From an uncultured Nitrososphaerales archaeon (GTDB lineage: Archaea; Thermoproteota; Nitrososphaeria; Nitrososphaerales; Nitrososphaeraceae): a DNA stretch of 64,000 bases. The notes under the pieces were generated by a model that was not told the origin of the DNA, ran no database searches, and saw only the letters and a list, made by a program, of their open reading frames with translations. Below, one piece after another: positions 32,043 to 43,827 of the stretch. The position numbers and the translations under genes were made by a program. Position 1 is the stretch's first letter, and the number at the start of each line of letters is the position of its first letter. Location: NCBI GenBank assembly GCA_963695855.1, contig CAVOHZ010000010.1:128001-192000 (forward strand). The letters are read 5' to 3'.

Positions 32043-34397
32043 TCATTTTGTTGGAAGCTCATTTCTAGATTTTAGAACATTTAAAGCAGAACCAGCATAA
32101 AACCACGTTATCTGGTGCTTGTTGTATGAATGTTTAAGTTTTATTATTTCTTCTTCCATTCCTCTTTTTCGGTCTTTCATCTCTTTGATATCTTTATGAA
32201 TAATTTTACACTCAACTGCCTTTCCGGGTTCTAATTTATCCAAACCAATAATGCTTATTCTGTCATCCTCGCCTATCTTTTCGTAGTCTAAACTGTTTTC
32301 AAATGTCAATGCCAAAATTCCTTGCTTTTTCAGGTTCGTTTCATGAATTCTGGCAAAACTTTTTGAAATAACTGCAACACATCCCAGATAACGAGGAGTC
32401 ATAGCTGCTTGTTCCCTGCTACTCCCTTCACCATAATTATTATCCCCGATAATGACCCATCCTATTCTTTGTTTTTTATATTCACGTGCGATATGGGGAT
32501 AGGATTCCATCTTTGCATTTAGAATATTTTTTCCTATTCCTACCTGATCATCATGAAAGAAATTAACTGCCCCAAGCAACAAATTATCACTGAGTCGATC
32601 AAGATGTCCTCGATATCGCAACCATGGGCCTGCAGGAGAAATATGATCGGTTGTACATTTACCCTTTACCTTTGCAAGAACAGGTATATTTTCAAAATCT
32701 TTTCCATTCCATTCTGAAAATGGTTCTAATTTTTGGAGCCTATCACTTTTTTCATCTATTATCACCTGCACTCTATCAGGGTTCAGCGAGGGAGGAGTAT
32801 AGATGTCTTTAACACGAACAAAACCAAAAGCCGGTACTTCAGGAGCAATTTTCGGTGGTCTTAATTTAATTTTCTGGCCATCTTTCCCGCTTATTTCATC
32901 TGTTAATGGATTGAATGATAAACTACCACCTAGAGCAAGAGCAGTGACAATTTCTGGACTCGCAATAAAATTCATAGTTTCTCTTGTACCATCATTACGT
33001 CCTGGGAAGTTTCTATTATACGAGGTTACAATTGTATTAGGTTCTCCCTTTTTTAACTCTGGTCTACTCCATTGACCTATGCAGGGACCACATGCATTTG
33101 CCAGAACTGTTGCCCCAATCCTTTGAAGAGATTCCATCTGGCCATCTCTATCAATGGTAGCTCTTATCATTTCGGATCCCGGTGTTACCAATAAGGAGGT
33201 TTTTACTTGCAGACCGTTTTTATAAGCCTGTTCTGCCACATTCGATGCCCTTGACATATCTTCATAGGACGAATTCGTACATGACCCGATAAGTGCTACA
33301 GAAATATCATCAATATAGTTATTTTTCAGAACATCTTCCTTCATATGGGAGATCGGTCTAGCCAAATCAGGTGTGTGAGGTCCGACGATATGAGGTTCAA
33401 GACCAGTAAGATCTAGTCTAATTACGTTATCAAAATATTTCTCGGGTTCTTTTGCAATTTCAGGGTCCTGTATCAAAAGATCTCTGTTTGTGTTTGCCAA
33501 GTCTGCAATCTCCCCCCTACTTGTTGCCCTTAAATATGTCTCCATTCTTACATCATATTCAAACACCGAACAAGTAGCGCCTATCTCAGCACCCATATTT
33601 GTTATCGTCGCTTTTCCAGTACAACTAATAGATTTTGCACCCGGTCCAAAATATTCAATAATAGCATTTGTTCCTCCTGATACAGTCAGTTTAGATGCAA
33701 CAAAAAGAATAATATCTTTTGGGGCGGTCCAGCCGTTTAACTCTCCAGTTAGGTAGACACCGATCCTTTTGGGATAAAGAACTTCCCAAGGCATTCCAGC
33801 CATTGTTTCTGCAGCATCCAATCCACCTACACCCACCGCCAACATACCCAATCCACCTGCATTTGGTGTATGAGAATCAGTACCGATCATCAATCCTCCC
33901 GGGAAGGCATAGTTTTCCAATACTACCTGATGAATAATTCCTGCTCCGGGTTTCCAAAATCCAACGCCAAATTTACTTGAAGCAGATTCTAAAAATTTGT
34001 AAACTTCATCATTTTCATATAAAGCAGTCTTTGTGTCTAAAATACCATTAATTCTTGCTTGAATGAGATGATCACAATGAACTGTCGTTGGTACAGTAGT
34101 TTTCTTTAAACCAGACTGCATAAATTGTAAAAGTGTCATTTGACCAGTTACGTCTTGTAAAGCAACACGATCGGGACGTAAGAGAACATAGCTCTTGCCC
34201 ATTACGAGATTTTTATTTTCATCATCACCTACAATATCATCGAGGTGACCAATCAAGATCTTTTCACTGAGTGAAAGTGGCTGATTTTTTTGTATTTTTT
34301 CTTTATACATAGAGATATTTTTTCTAGATTTTTCGTATATTCTTTTAACCATCTCGGCAGTAGTTTCTACATGATTGTCTGCAATTTTGCCATTCAT
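32043..34397 (-). CDS. acn: Aconitate hydratase
   Basis: DRVALQD, HCDHLI, GTDSHTPN, IGSCTNSSYED, NACGPCIGQW, TTDHISPAG, GSSREQAA. Confidence 0.95.
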   Translation of the reverse strand: MNGKIADNHVETTAEMVKRIYEKSRKNISMYKEKIQKNQPLSLSEKILIGHLDDIVGDDENKNLVMGKSYVLLRPDRVALQDVTGQMTLLQFMQSGLKKTTVPTTVHCDHLIQARINGILDTKTALYENDEVYKFLESASSKFGVGFWKPGAGIIHQVVLENYAFPGGLMIGTDSHTPNAGGLGMLAVGVGGLDAAETMAGMPWEVLYPKRIGVYLTGELNGWTAPKDIILFVASKLTVSGGTNAIIEYFGPGAKSISCTGKATITNMGAEIGATCSVFEYDVRMETYLRATSRGEIADLANTNRDLLIQDPEIAKEPEKYFDNVIRLDLTGLEPHIVGPHTPDLARPISHMKEDVLKNNYIDDISVALIGSCTNSSYEDMSRASNVAEQAYKNGLQVKTSLLVTPGSEMIRATIDRDGQMESLQRIGATVLANACGPCIGQWSRPELKKGEPNTIVTSYNRNFPGRNDGTRETMNFIASPEIVTALALGGSLSFNPLTDEISGKDGQKIKLRPPKIAPEVPAFGFVRVKDIYTPPSLNPDRVQVIIDEKSDRLQKLEPFSEWNGKDFENIPVLAKVKGKCTTDHISPAGPWLRYRGHLDRLSDNLLLGAVNFFHDDQVGIGKNILNAKMESYPHIAREYKKQRIGWVIIGDNNYGEGSSREQAAMTPRYLGCVAVISKSFARIHETNLKKQGILALTFENSLDYEKIGEDDRISIIGLDKLEPGKAVECKIIHKDIKEMKDRKRGMEEEIIKLKHSYNKHQITWFYAGSALNVLKSRNELPTK

Positions 34398-34566
34398 ATC
34401 TTTATATCATATATTAAATGAACTGGGATATATAGAATATCCATATAACATGGAACTCGTTTAAGCTAAAAAATTAGATAATTTCTTTACATTTAATATT
34501 CCAGAATTCTCATCCAAAAGAAAATTGTATTAATAGATCATACTGATTATATAATATTTCAATAGC

Positions 34567-35092
34567 ATGTGCCACCATTCTAAAAAAGATTCGAAAGACA
34601 TAGGTAAAATTTTAGGTTTTCTGGAACCTGAGAAACATGTTATATTAGTTGCAAAGGGATCAGAAACACTATTTTTAACGGATAGACGTCTATTGATCAG
34701 ATAAAATTCAGTTTTAAGGAAAAAATAATTAAGGCTATTTATGAAAAATTGTCAATGCACAATTAAAAAAAGGAATTATATCATCAAAAATATTAATATC
34801 CACATCTGAACATGCTATTAAGATTAGATCTTTAAAGCATGAATTAGTGTAAGGTATTTTAGAACATATTAATGAAATTTTAAGCCAGTCAAGATCTAGT
34901 AATGATCATAATAATAAAGAAATAAAATATTTACCAGAAAAACTAGATATAGATTCAGATTCAAAAAAGTGTAAAAAAATATTGACCTCCATATTGGATG
35001 AATTAGAAAGATTATCAAAATTAAGGAACGATGGAGTACTTACTGAAGACGAATTTCAATTGATAAAAAAAGATATATTAAACAAAATTTGA
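34567..35092 (+). pseudogene. Degraded PH-like/SHOCT-domain protein gene
   Basis: LFLTDRRLLI then stops; C-terminal DELERLSKLRNDGVLTEDEFQLIKKDIL is SHOCT-like. Confidence 0.65.
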
Positions 35093-35188
35093 AGATAATT
35101 ATAGCTTTTTTATAAATATAGATTACAAAGGAACTTTTTTAAAAATTAATCTGTAAATTGTTATTAATTAGCGATTTAAATATTTTAT

Positions 35189-35902
35189 ATGAGAGATAAA
35201 GGTGTATTTATTATAGGAACCGATACAGAAATAGGAAAAACCACAATAGCTGCAGGATTAGGAAATTTATTAATCAAAAATGGATTTAGAGTCGGAGTGA
35301 TGAAGCCATTTGCTGCTGACTCCAAGCAATATTCAAAAGAATTTCTATCGAGGGACACAAAAATATTGAAAGAAGCTACTAAAAGCCAAGAACATAATGA
35401 TATCATAAATCCATTTTTTTATAACATCCCTAGTGCTCCATATTTAGTATCAAAAATTCAGAAAAATTGCAAAGAAATAGATCCAAAAAAAATTCTAGAT
35501 ATATTTCATGAACTTGCAAAAAAAAATGAATTCGTTATAGTCGAGGGAATGGGTGGTTTGATGGTTCCTTTGACAAAGAATCTGTATATTGCAGATGTTG
35601 TTAAGATGTTAAATATTCCCGTTATTTTGATAATGTCTAATAAAATTGGAACTATAAATCATATAGTGATGACCTCTTTTATGTGTAGACATTATAAGTT
35701 AAATGTTATAGGTATAATAGTTAATAATCTATTTAATTTTAAAGAAAGAAAATTTAGAATGGTTAACGCAGTATTACCTGAAACGGTCAAAGAACTGACC
35801 GGATATCCAATTCTGGCGGTTATTCCTTACATAAAAAGTCCTAATAAAGATAAAATAACCAAAATCTTAAAAAATACAAATATGGATAAACTATTTTTTT
35901 AA
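35189..35902 (+). CDS. bioD: Dethiobiotin synthase
   Basis: GTDTEIGKT P-loop, MKP, VEGMGGLMVP, GTINH. Confidence 0.94.
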   Translation: MRDKGVFIIGTDTEIGKTTIAAGLGNLLIKNGFRVGVMKPFAADSKQYSKEFLSRDTKILKEATKSQEHNDIINPFFYNIPSAPYLVSKIQKNCKEIDPKKILDIFHELAKKNEFVIVEGMGGLMVPLTKNLYIADVVKMLNIPVILIMSNKIGTINHIVMTSFMCRHYKLNVIGIIVNNLFNFKERKFRMVNAVLPETVKELTGYPILAVIPYIKSPNKDKITKILKNTNMDKLFF

Positions 35903-36577
35903 GATTGCCTAAATTTCTTTACTTGAATCTGAATTATTATTTTGTGTTTTACCCATAATTCTTTATCCACATGAAAATAAAGAAAATAGCAATTTTTACT
36001 GTTTTTATCTTGACAATTTTTATTAATAAAGGCGAAATCAAATACGTTATATTATTTGTAAGTGATCAGTGTTTTCTTGAAGATATCTTTGTCAATGTAG
36101 AACCTGAAAAATACAATTGTATTGCTTAGAAGATGTACTTTTAAGATGCTCTTTTGCTCCTATAGACAATTGTAGCTCTGAGTTATAGTCATATCGGTAA
36201 ATCCAGATCTATTTATTTATGGTTTAAAGTTATGTTCAACAATTTATTCTATTTTTGAAAATCAACGTATTAGTAAAAAAGAAAATTATTATTTTTCAAT
36301 TGTTGTAAAATTTCTTTTGTTCACATTTTTATTTATTGATATGTATAAATTAGAAGATGCAGGTGGGGTGAAAGTTTTTCTAATTCATATATTTTACTAT
36401 GGAAAATTACACTATAATAAATAAAATTCAATATAAATCAATCAGACAATAATCAAAAAATTGTATATGATATTTTTTTAAAAAAAATTGGAACCCAACT
36501 AACTTAATTTAGTTTAAAGATACAATTAGTTGAGTAATTAAAAAAAAATGGTATTGTTTGGTTCCTAGTTTATAGTA

Positions 36578-38149
36578 CTAGGGATAGGGAATTGGCAATA
36601 TGAATGGTACTTGTGATGTCGGATTTATTGGTGACTCAGTAGAAGGACGTTGTTCATTAGCAGAACTTAATATTCTAGTATCTTGTTGTTGTTGTTCTTG
36701 TTGTTGTTTTAATTGTTGTTGTTCTTGTTGTTGTTTTAATTGTTGTTGTTGCTTTAGTTTTTGTTGTAGGTGTAATTGTTTAAATTGTTGTTGTTCTTGT
36801 TGTTGTTTCAATTGTTGTTGTTGTTTTAGTTTTTGTTGTAGGTGTAATTGTTTAAATTGTTGTTGTTCTTGTTGTTGTTTTACAGGTTGTTCTTGTTGTT
36901 TTTGTTGCATTATTGCACTACCAGAATTCAATAGTCTAGTATCTTTTTGTTGTTGTTGTTGTTCTTGTTGTTGTTTCAATTGTTGTTGTTGTTTTAGTTT
37001 TTGTTGTAGGTGTAATTGTTTAAATTGTTGTTGTTCTTGTTGTTGTTTTACAGGTTGTTCTTGTTGTTTTTGTTGCATTATTGCACTACCAGAATTCAAT
37101 AGTCTAGTATCTTTTTGTTGTTGTTGTTCTTGTTGTTGTTTTACAGGTTGTTCTTGTTGTTTTTGTTGCATTATTGCACTACCAGAATTCAATAGTCTAG
37201 TATCTTTTTGTTGTTGTTGTTCTTGTTGTTGTTTTACAGGTTGTTCTTGTTGTTTTTGTTGCATTATTGCACTACCAGAATTCAATAGTCTAGTATCTTT
37301 TTGTTGTTGTTGTTGTTCTTGTTGTTGTTTTAATTGTTGTTGTTGTTTTATTTTTTCTTGTAGTTGTTGTAGAGGTTGTTCTTGTTGTTGTTTTAATTGT
37401 TGTTGTTGTTTTATTTTTTCTTGTAGTTGTTGTAGAGGTTGTTCTTGTTGTTGTTGCATTACTGCTGAAGTACTATCTGTAGATTTTATATCAGATTGAC
37501 TTACTTCTTTTGCATCATTAGTTACATCAGCACTGTCATTGCCAAGTACTTCTGTTGTATTAATATTGTCATTTGTGAAAGTCTCTGAATCAGTATCGTG
37601 GGATGGACTAAGATAGTGGTTCTCATTATTACATTTAACTATTATTTTTGTGTCTGATCCTAAATAGTATACTTGAGTATTTCCAGGATTGCTATTGAAT
37701 TCTTCAGATGAAATTAATTGCGTAGCCTCATCATTAGCCTTTTTTAAAGCTAATGCATTATCTAAAATAGGTTTAATGGTATCAATATCTTCTATTCCAT
37801 CAGCATTGATATTTCGATTGTTGCAGTTTACTATTTTTACTATTTTTACCTTTTTAATTGGTTTATCGTAATCTTCTTCATATTTTGTGTATGAACCATA
37901 TTTGTCTGATTCTTCCATGTAATCATCATATTTCTCTTTATCTTTTCCTTCATGTTTTTTATAATCTATACTAGAATCATAGCCATAATCATCATATCGT
38001 TTTTCTTTGTATTTTCCATCATCTCTTTCCTGATACTTATCCTTTTCTTCCTTGGCATCTGCGTCAATAACTGATATTGATGCTGTCGTAATAGTGCCAG
38101 TCAATAAGATCGCTATTAAAAGTACGGTAGTAAACGTCGACTTTTGCAT
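36578..38149 (-). CDS. Secreted Gln-rich protein, two-Cys Asn-rich family
   Basis: Signal peptide (MQKSTF..ADA), Y/D/K-rich segment, NCNNRNINADG...VKCNNEN, long poly-Q repeats. Confidence 0.8.
   Translation of the reverse strand: MQKSTFTTVLLIAILLTGTITTASISVIDADAKEEKDKYQERDDGKYKEKRYDDYGYDSSIDYKKHEGKDKEKYDDYMEESDKYGSYTKYEEDYDKPIKKVKIVKIVNCNNRNINADGIEDIDTIKPILDNALALKKANDEATQLISSEEFNSNPGNTQVYYLGSDTKIIVKCNNENHYLSPSHDTDSETFTNDNINTTEVLGNDSADVTNDAKEVSQSDIKSTDSTSAVMQQQQEQPLQQLQEKIKQQQQLKQQQEQPLQQLQEKIKQQQQLKQQQEQQQQQKDTRLLNSGSAIMQQKQQEQPVKQQQEQQQQKDTRLLNSGSAIMQQKQQEQPVKQQQEQQQQKDTRLLNSGSAIMQQKQQEQPVKQQQEQQQFKQLHLQQKLKQQQQLKQQQEQQQQQKDTRLLNSGSAIMQQKQQEQPVKQQQEQQQFKQLHLQQKLKQQQQLKQQQEQQQFKQLHLQQKLKQQQQLKQQQEQQQLKQQQEQQQQDTRILSSANEQRPSTESPINPTSQVPFILPIPYP
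36670..37460. repeat. Gln-coding composite tandem repeats
   Basis: (TTG)n tracts with recurring KDTRLLNSGSAIMQQKQQEQPVK and FKQLHLQQKLK units. Confidence 0.9.
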
Positions 38150-39343
38150 ATTGACAGTAGGATTATCACATTTATTTAGAGTGTGCATCATTGTAATATT
38201 ATTTTACTCTATTTCTTGCCATCAGTTAATTGTTATTATTTATTGTTTCAAGATTATGATGAATAACAATCTTTATTTTAAAGCATAATTTTTAAAATAA
38301 TACTGTTAGAAAGGTTTTTTTGGCCCTGTTAACTTAAGGATTAAAGTAGTTCTACATTCTACTTTTCTATTATGTTCTGTGCTCAATTTTTCATAGGTTT
38401 TTCGATTTATTTAATTAACTTTCCTTAAATCAACATCCATGAAAATCTATCTGTATGCTGGTTATCTTTTTTATCCTGTTTAGCCATATTTTGTTGCGTT
38501 TTTCTATCTATTAAGCATTGTTAACAATAGCCTCCGCTATATATGGCATCCTTGTTCTCTGATGTAGTCGTATTGTTGTTTTTGTTGTCTAATTATCTTT
38601 CTTTTTCTTGAGATCCAATCTTGTTCAGTCTCTCCAGTTTCTGTTCATATCTAGTCCTGTTCATGTATCTATACGATTGGTGTCTTGTTAGCATGTACCA
38701 TATTATAACAAGCACCTCCTTTGCTGTTGCAACTATTGCTTTCCCATGTCCCTTTCTCTGTTTGATTCTTTCATAGAATGTTCTCATGTGACGGTCATGT
38801 CTTACTGCGGATAATGAACACTGTACCAGTATCCATCTCAATAGTGGTGATCCCTGTTTGGTTATTCTACCTGTTTTTGTTTTTCCAGATGATTCTCTTG
38901 TTGATGGAGATAATCCTGCATAACTAACAAGTTTCCATGGTGTTGCAAATCTTTTGATATCCACTATTTCTGTTGATATCAGCATTGCAGAAAATACGTC
39001 TATTCCTGTCATGCTGAGAAGTATCTTTACATCTTGACTATCCTTCCATGCGTATTTTGCTATCTCTTTTGATACTATTTCTATCTGGTTATCTATCGAT
39101 TCTATGGATGTTAGTGTTGTATTCAGTATTATCCTGTCTATTGGTGAAACTGAGAGTGATTTTAGCCACTCAGTTCCCGATCTACCGAATATGTCTGTCA
39201 GCTCTGTTCTGTACTCATATTTGTCTAAAATAGCATGTACCTTGTTTGCAAGTTTTGTCTTGGTTCTAGACAAGACTATTCTATGTCTGACCAGACTTCT
39301 TTTTTCTCTGAATTCCTTTCTTTACAGGTACATATGACTCGTA

Positions 39344-40373
39344 TGCTCTGTTGCATGATTCATTAATTTATTGATAATAATTCTGTGGTTGTAGTCTTTT
39401 ATGTTGTGGATATAAACAAATTGTATAATGATGCTTTCAACATTATCTCTTTTACCATGTTTGGATATTTAACAGCAGATACATATTCACCAAACATTCT
39501 CTTCATAGAGGAAAAGACAGATTCTACAACCCATCTCTTGCCATAGCTAACGCTATCCTTCCATTTATTAAAATCAGTTTTCTGTTCTACTACTCCAAGA
39601 TTTCTTTTATAGTGATTGTCATTTCTGATTCTAGCATTCTTTCTTACCTTTATTGCTGGTTTAATATTGTTGAATGAAAGAAATTGGAATATCTTGTTGT
39701 TATCGTATGAACCATCTGCTATCACAGTATTTACATCGATATTCTGTTTTCTGACTATATCATGTACGAGTATAGGTAATACTTTTGAATCATGTACTTT
39801 TTCTGTAGTAACGTTTAGAGATAGAATCTTTGCTTTCTTCTCATTCTTTTTTCTACCGCTTATATCTACTGCTACATGAATCTTGAGGTATCCTTTTCTT
39901 TTCTACTTTTACAGTGCCACTTCTTATGACGCATCCACTCTCCTCTATTTGTTACCTTTATTCCTGTAGAATCAATTGCTATAATAACATCATTACCTCC
40001 TAATTTGTTGTTGTTAACATGAATATCAAGTTTGTTTATTCTTCTATCTATTGTACTATAATCGGGAATTGATGGGATTTTATTTTCAGCATGAGCTCTT
40101 ACTATACCTTCAGTCTGCCTGAATGGAAGATGAAAATACACTCTTGCATATCCAAGTAATAAGAGAAATGAGTTGGGATAGTGATGTGGTTCTCCAACTT
40201 TACCTTTGTTCATTTCTTTCAATTCATTATCCCAATTATCTATAATATCAAATCCAAGCATAATTTCTCCACGCTTAACAAGAGATTGATTATATTGTCT
40301 CCAGTTTAACACATAATATGAATATAACAGGTTAGCTAAATAGATTAGCAGTAGTGAATCATGCAACAAACTA
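39344..40373 (-). mobile_element. IS5-family (IS903-like) insertion sequence
   Basis: TIR core TGTTGCATGATTC / GAATCATGCAACA; target duplication GACTCGTA at 39336-39343 and 40374-40381. Confidence 0.9.
39399..40312 (-). pseudogene. IS5/IS903-like transposase, frameshift near 39900
   Basis: WRQYNQSLVKRGE, AIDSTGIKVTNRGEW, IADGSYD and YGKRWVVESVFSSMKR in two frames. Confidence 0.88.
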
Positions 40374-40749
40374 GACTCGTATACCAATCAATCCAGTTCT
40401 CAGCAGATCAGATAGTATACATGCGTCAAGTTTATCTGATTTTATCTTTGCTTGTGCTATTATCTTTGTTCTGTATGGATTTGCTAGTACTGTATCTATT
40501 CCATTATCTTCCAGCGTATCATGTATTCTCATCCACATGTTTCCTGTAGATTCCAGTACTGCATTACATTTTTTTGTTCCATGATTGTGTATCCTTTCAA
40601 TCAGTTCTAATATTCCATCAGAATTGTTACCAAAGAAGAATTCATTCAGTGTCTTGCCTTTATCATCTTTTAGTGCTGCCCTGCATTTTCTCTTTCCAAC
40701 ATCTATTCCAAGATGATTCAATTATTTTTATTCACCTTCTTTTTTTATT

Positions 40750-40874
40750 TGTTGGCTAACAGGTGGCAAACATCCATCCACCCTCGAAGGGTACTATGAT
40801 AGCCACTTCACAGATACGGTTCAGTCAGAGCCTCACTCTCATACGGAGTATGTTAATTTTGAACCTAGCCAACA
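40750..40874 (-). ncRNA. Predicted bridge RNA of the second IS110 element (upstream of transposase)
   Basis: 9-bp closing stem TGTTGGCTA/TAGCCAACA encloses two stem/internal-loop/hairpin units whose loops match the element junctions. Confidence 0.85.
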
Positions 40875-41695
40875 TACAGTAATGAAACAGACTAAAAGAT
40901 TTTCATATCGTCAGAGCCCTAGAAAGACTAGTAAATTAATTTTTATATAAATAATTATTTCTCTTAATAAAATAAATTTGACTAGATGGCTATAACGGCC
41001 AACATATGCATGGATAATATAATGATATAGATTTTGAAAGATATCAAAGGTAGAAATAGTCTCAGATTATATGGTATATTTAATGGATAAAGGATGTGTA
41101 CTTTGTATTTTTAAACTGTGATCTTTTACTAACTTTGCAAAATTTATTTATTTATGAGAAGTGATCATAATATACAGTTCAAAAAAGGGTTTTGATAAAA
41201 ATTGATTAGAATCCAAGATTATTACTATTTTGAAATCAATTCATTATTATCTCATCATTCATAGTTAATATAATGAAAAAGAACAGGATAACATGATCTT
41301 TCTGGATATAATGTATATATAATATTTATATATCGAACCAAAAAATTTGTATAAATATTATTGTTAGAACAAAAAGATGAGATTACAGCAAGACAAATAT
41401 CCTCTATGACTACTAGATCACTTTTAAAAATTGAGATACATTACATCATATTTATTTTTCTCTATCCTTATTGTGTACCCATTTTGACGTAATAAATATT
41501 GTTTTAATGTGTGTACGCTATGTAATTTGAATACCAGAAAGTATAAGACAATAAATTTTTCAACCTATTCCAAAATTAGTAGCTTAATAAATAATTACTA
41601 CTAACTTGATAATAAAACTATGGAATATAAAAAAAGAAAAAAGAAAGATCCCTTCATAGTTCAATAATATTCTTTAGCCTACAGCCATTCCCGTC

Positions 41696-42415
41696 TAGAT
41701 TTTAAGTATTTTAGCTTTTAATAAACTAAGGAGAGCCTCTGCAACTTGATCTTGTTCTTCAGCATCTAAATTTTGCAATACATCGTTAATTGTTTTAATC
41801 GTTTCTATTAGCGTGGCAGGACCATCAGCTTTAACTACATCAATAATATTACATATATCACCTAGGGAAAAACTTTCAATTATATATATCTGTAAAGTCT
41901 AGCAAAACTCCACCAACTCGTATAAATGAGTCTGGTAAACTACCGGTGGATGTGATAAGCTGTTCCTCCAAATCTGCACTTAGTTTTTCAAGGCAGGCTT
42001 CACAACCTAATACTTCTTCTGGTTGCGGTGCTAAAGTTCTTTCATTTTGTTCTGGTTGTTTTACTCAATATTTCACAGGATCATTAAAGTTTGTACATAT
42101 AACTGTAAGCTGATCATCATCTGAAACCCAATTATTTCCTCCATCATTTTGGACATTATTTGATTCAGTTAGCTTTAATAGATCATTAGTTACCTCTGGT
42201 ATTATATCATCATTTAATATTTCAATATTGAAATTTCCGATATTACACTCATTTTTCTCCACTATCACTTTTTCTTTGTAATTGTCCATTCCATATTCTT
42301 GTTGTGCTTGCGATTCCATCATAAAAGATAGAGAAGATACAACAAATATTCCCGCAACTAAGACGGTTGACAAAAATACTGAACTATATTTTCTAATTAC
42401 GGATTTTTTCATCAT
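41696..42415 (-). pseudogene. Secreted two-Cys Asn-rich family protein, broken after codon 116
   Basis: SVFLSTVLVAG leader, ECNIGNFNI..VICTNFND; coding-like sequence (LGCEACLEKL.., DICNIID..) continues in other frames. Confidence 0.65.
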
Positions 42416-42767
42416 TTAACTTTACCAATATAAAGTATATCTAGAATACGAATGATTGATAGAGAGAGATAAAGTATTACATTTTAATTTGTAAAAAGGA
42501 TAGAAGAATGTAGAATAATATTTTGAAATATCTTTAGATAACATTATACTCTGGAATTCACTAATTTTTTACTGTATAATTCAATTCAGATCATTTTCAA
42601 ATCCGTTAACTTCACTCATCTAAAAGTTAAACATCAAACAAATATTTAGCTGTAAAAAAATCTATTAGTATTAAAAAAATAAAAAAAAGTTAAGTTTTTT
42701 TTAAATTATTTAATTTTTAGGATGTTTGTTTGACTGGCACTGTTATTTACGTGGCATCAATCCTAGA

Positions 42768-43241
42768 CTAGTTTACGGATCCAGCGGTCACGGAATTTTC
42801 ATTTACGGATCCAACGGTCCCGAAATTTTCATTGTCGCCAAAGTTAATACATATATTTTCAATATCAAGTTCTAATCCACTGCCACCATTGCTCTCTATT
42901 CCTACATCATTACTCCCAATAGCAAATGATGCATCCATTTCTTCTCCTATTGAATTGATATTTTCATCACTTGATGCTGCTGAATTGGTATCTGCCTGTG
43001 TTAGCATAGAACTAAGTATTGAAGCCTCAAATTCTGAAAATTCGCCAATATTGTAATTGCTAACAGAACATTCGGCTTTATTGTATTTCCAACCTTGTTT
43101 CTCATACTTCATGTCTTTCTCATACTTCCTGTCTTCGTCTGCAAATGCAAGAGAGGGAGAAGCTATTGCAATAACTCCTGCCACTAATACAGCTGCTAAA
43201 AAAATTGAACTACTTTTGTGTAATTTGCTGTTGTTGTTCAT
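42768..43241 (-). CDS. Secreted two-Cys Asn-rich family protein
   Basis: MNNNSKLHKSSSIFLAAVLVAGVIAIASPSLAFA leader; ECSVSNYNI..NICINFGDNENF. Confidence 0.78.
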   Translation of the reverse strand: MNNNSKLHKSSSIFLAAVLVAGVIAIASPSLAFADEDRKYEKDMKYEKQGWKYNKAECSVSNYNIGEFSEFEASILSSMLTQADTNSAASSDENINSIGEEMDASFAIGSNDVGIESNGGSGLELDIENICINFGDNENFGTVGSVNENSVTAGSVN

Positions 43242-43827
43242 TGTTAGATAAGAATGAACATACATATATTTGAAATACGAATGATTAGTAACTACTTTTT
43301 GAAGCTATTTTTCTAATTGTTGATTTTTCATAAATAAATTTGATAAGATAATCAGAGAAATTTATCTTTATTTTATTTTTAACAATTAAAAGTATTTAAT
43401 AAAAACCTGTAGCCAGAAAATAAAAAAGGAAAACTAGTAGAATGTTAGATTACATTCATCTTATAATCATTAAAGCTTAGTTATTTTGGATATATATAAT
43501 ATCATTCTTTCATTTTTTAATCAACTTCTTTAGAAAATATAGTATATATTTTCTATCTTTGTTATAAGCAATTTAATAGAGTTGAGTTCAACAACAAAAA
43601 CATGTTTAGATATATATCAGAAACACAGAACTTTGTTTTGTTTAGACAAATTCAAAATAGAAATGTTGACAACTACCAACTTGAATGACAGTTTCATATA
43701 TTAGGAATGCAATATTTTTTTATTTATAAACCGTATATTGTAGAAATCTTTGTATAATTTCCGTAGCCATCCATATTTTACTTTGACCTATAACGATTAT
43801 TGACGCATTGGAAATATCTTAAAATTT

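Larger units (their letters stand above)
38593..40721 (-). pseudogene. IS110 transposase split by an IS insertion, plus a frameshift near 40385-40392
   Basis: N-part GIDVGK, LESTG, KSDKLDA (40371-40721); C-part SMTGI, TRESSG, ATAKE (38593-39335). Confidence 0.9.
38434..40913 (-). mobile_element. IS110-family element, inactivated by an IS5-family insertion
   Basis: Core CA (TG on the sense strand) at 38434-38435 and 40912-40913; sub-terminal IR ATGAAAATCT (38439-38448) / AGATTTTCAT (40897-40906). Confidence 0.88.
38322..40918. mobile_element. IS6-family-derived miniature element (about 119 bp when empty), right TIR split by IS110
   Basis: Left end GGCCCTGTTAACTTAAGG; removing the IS110 rebuilds CCTTAAATCAACAGAGCC, its inverted repeat and a match to the IS6 end at 45754-45771. 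Confidence 0.78.

Noticed and set aside
36600-37499. 299-aa Cys-rich ORF (metallothionein-like)
   Set aside because: Antisense reading of CAA-rich poly-Gln codons of the real minus-strand gene.
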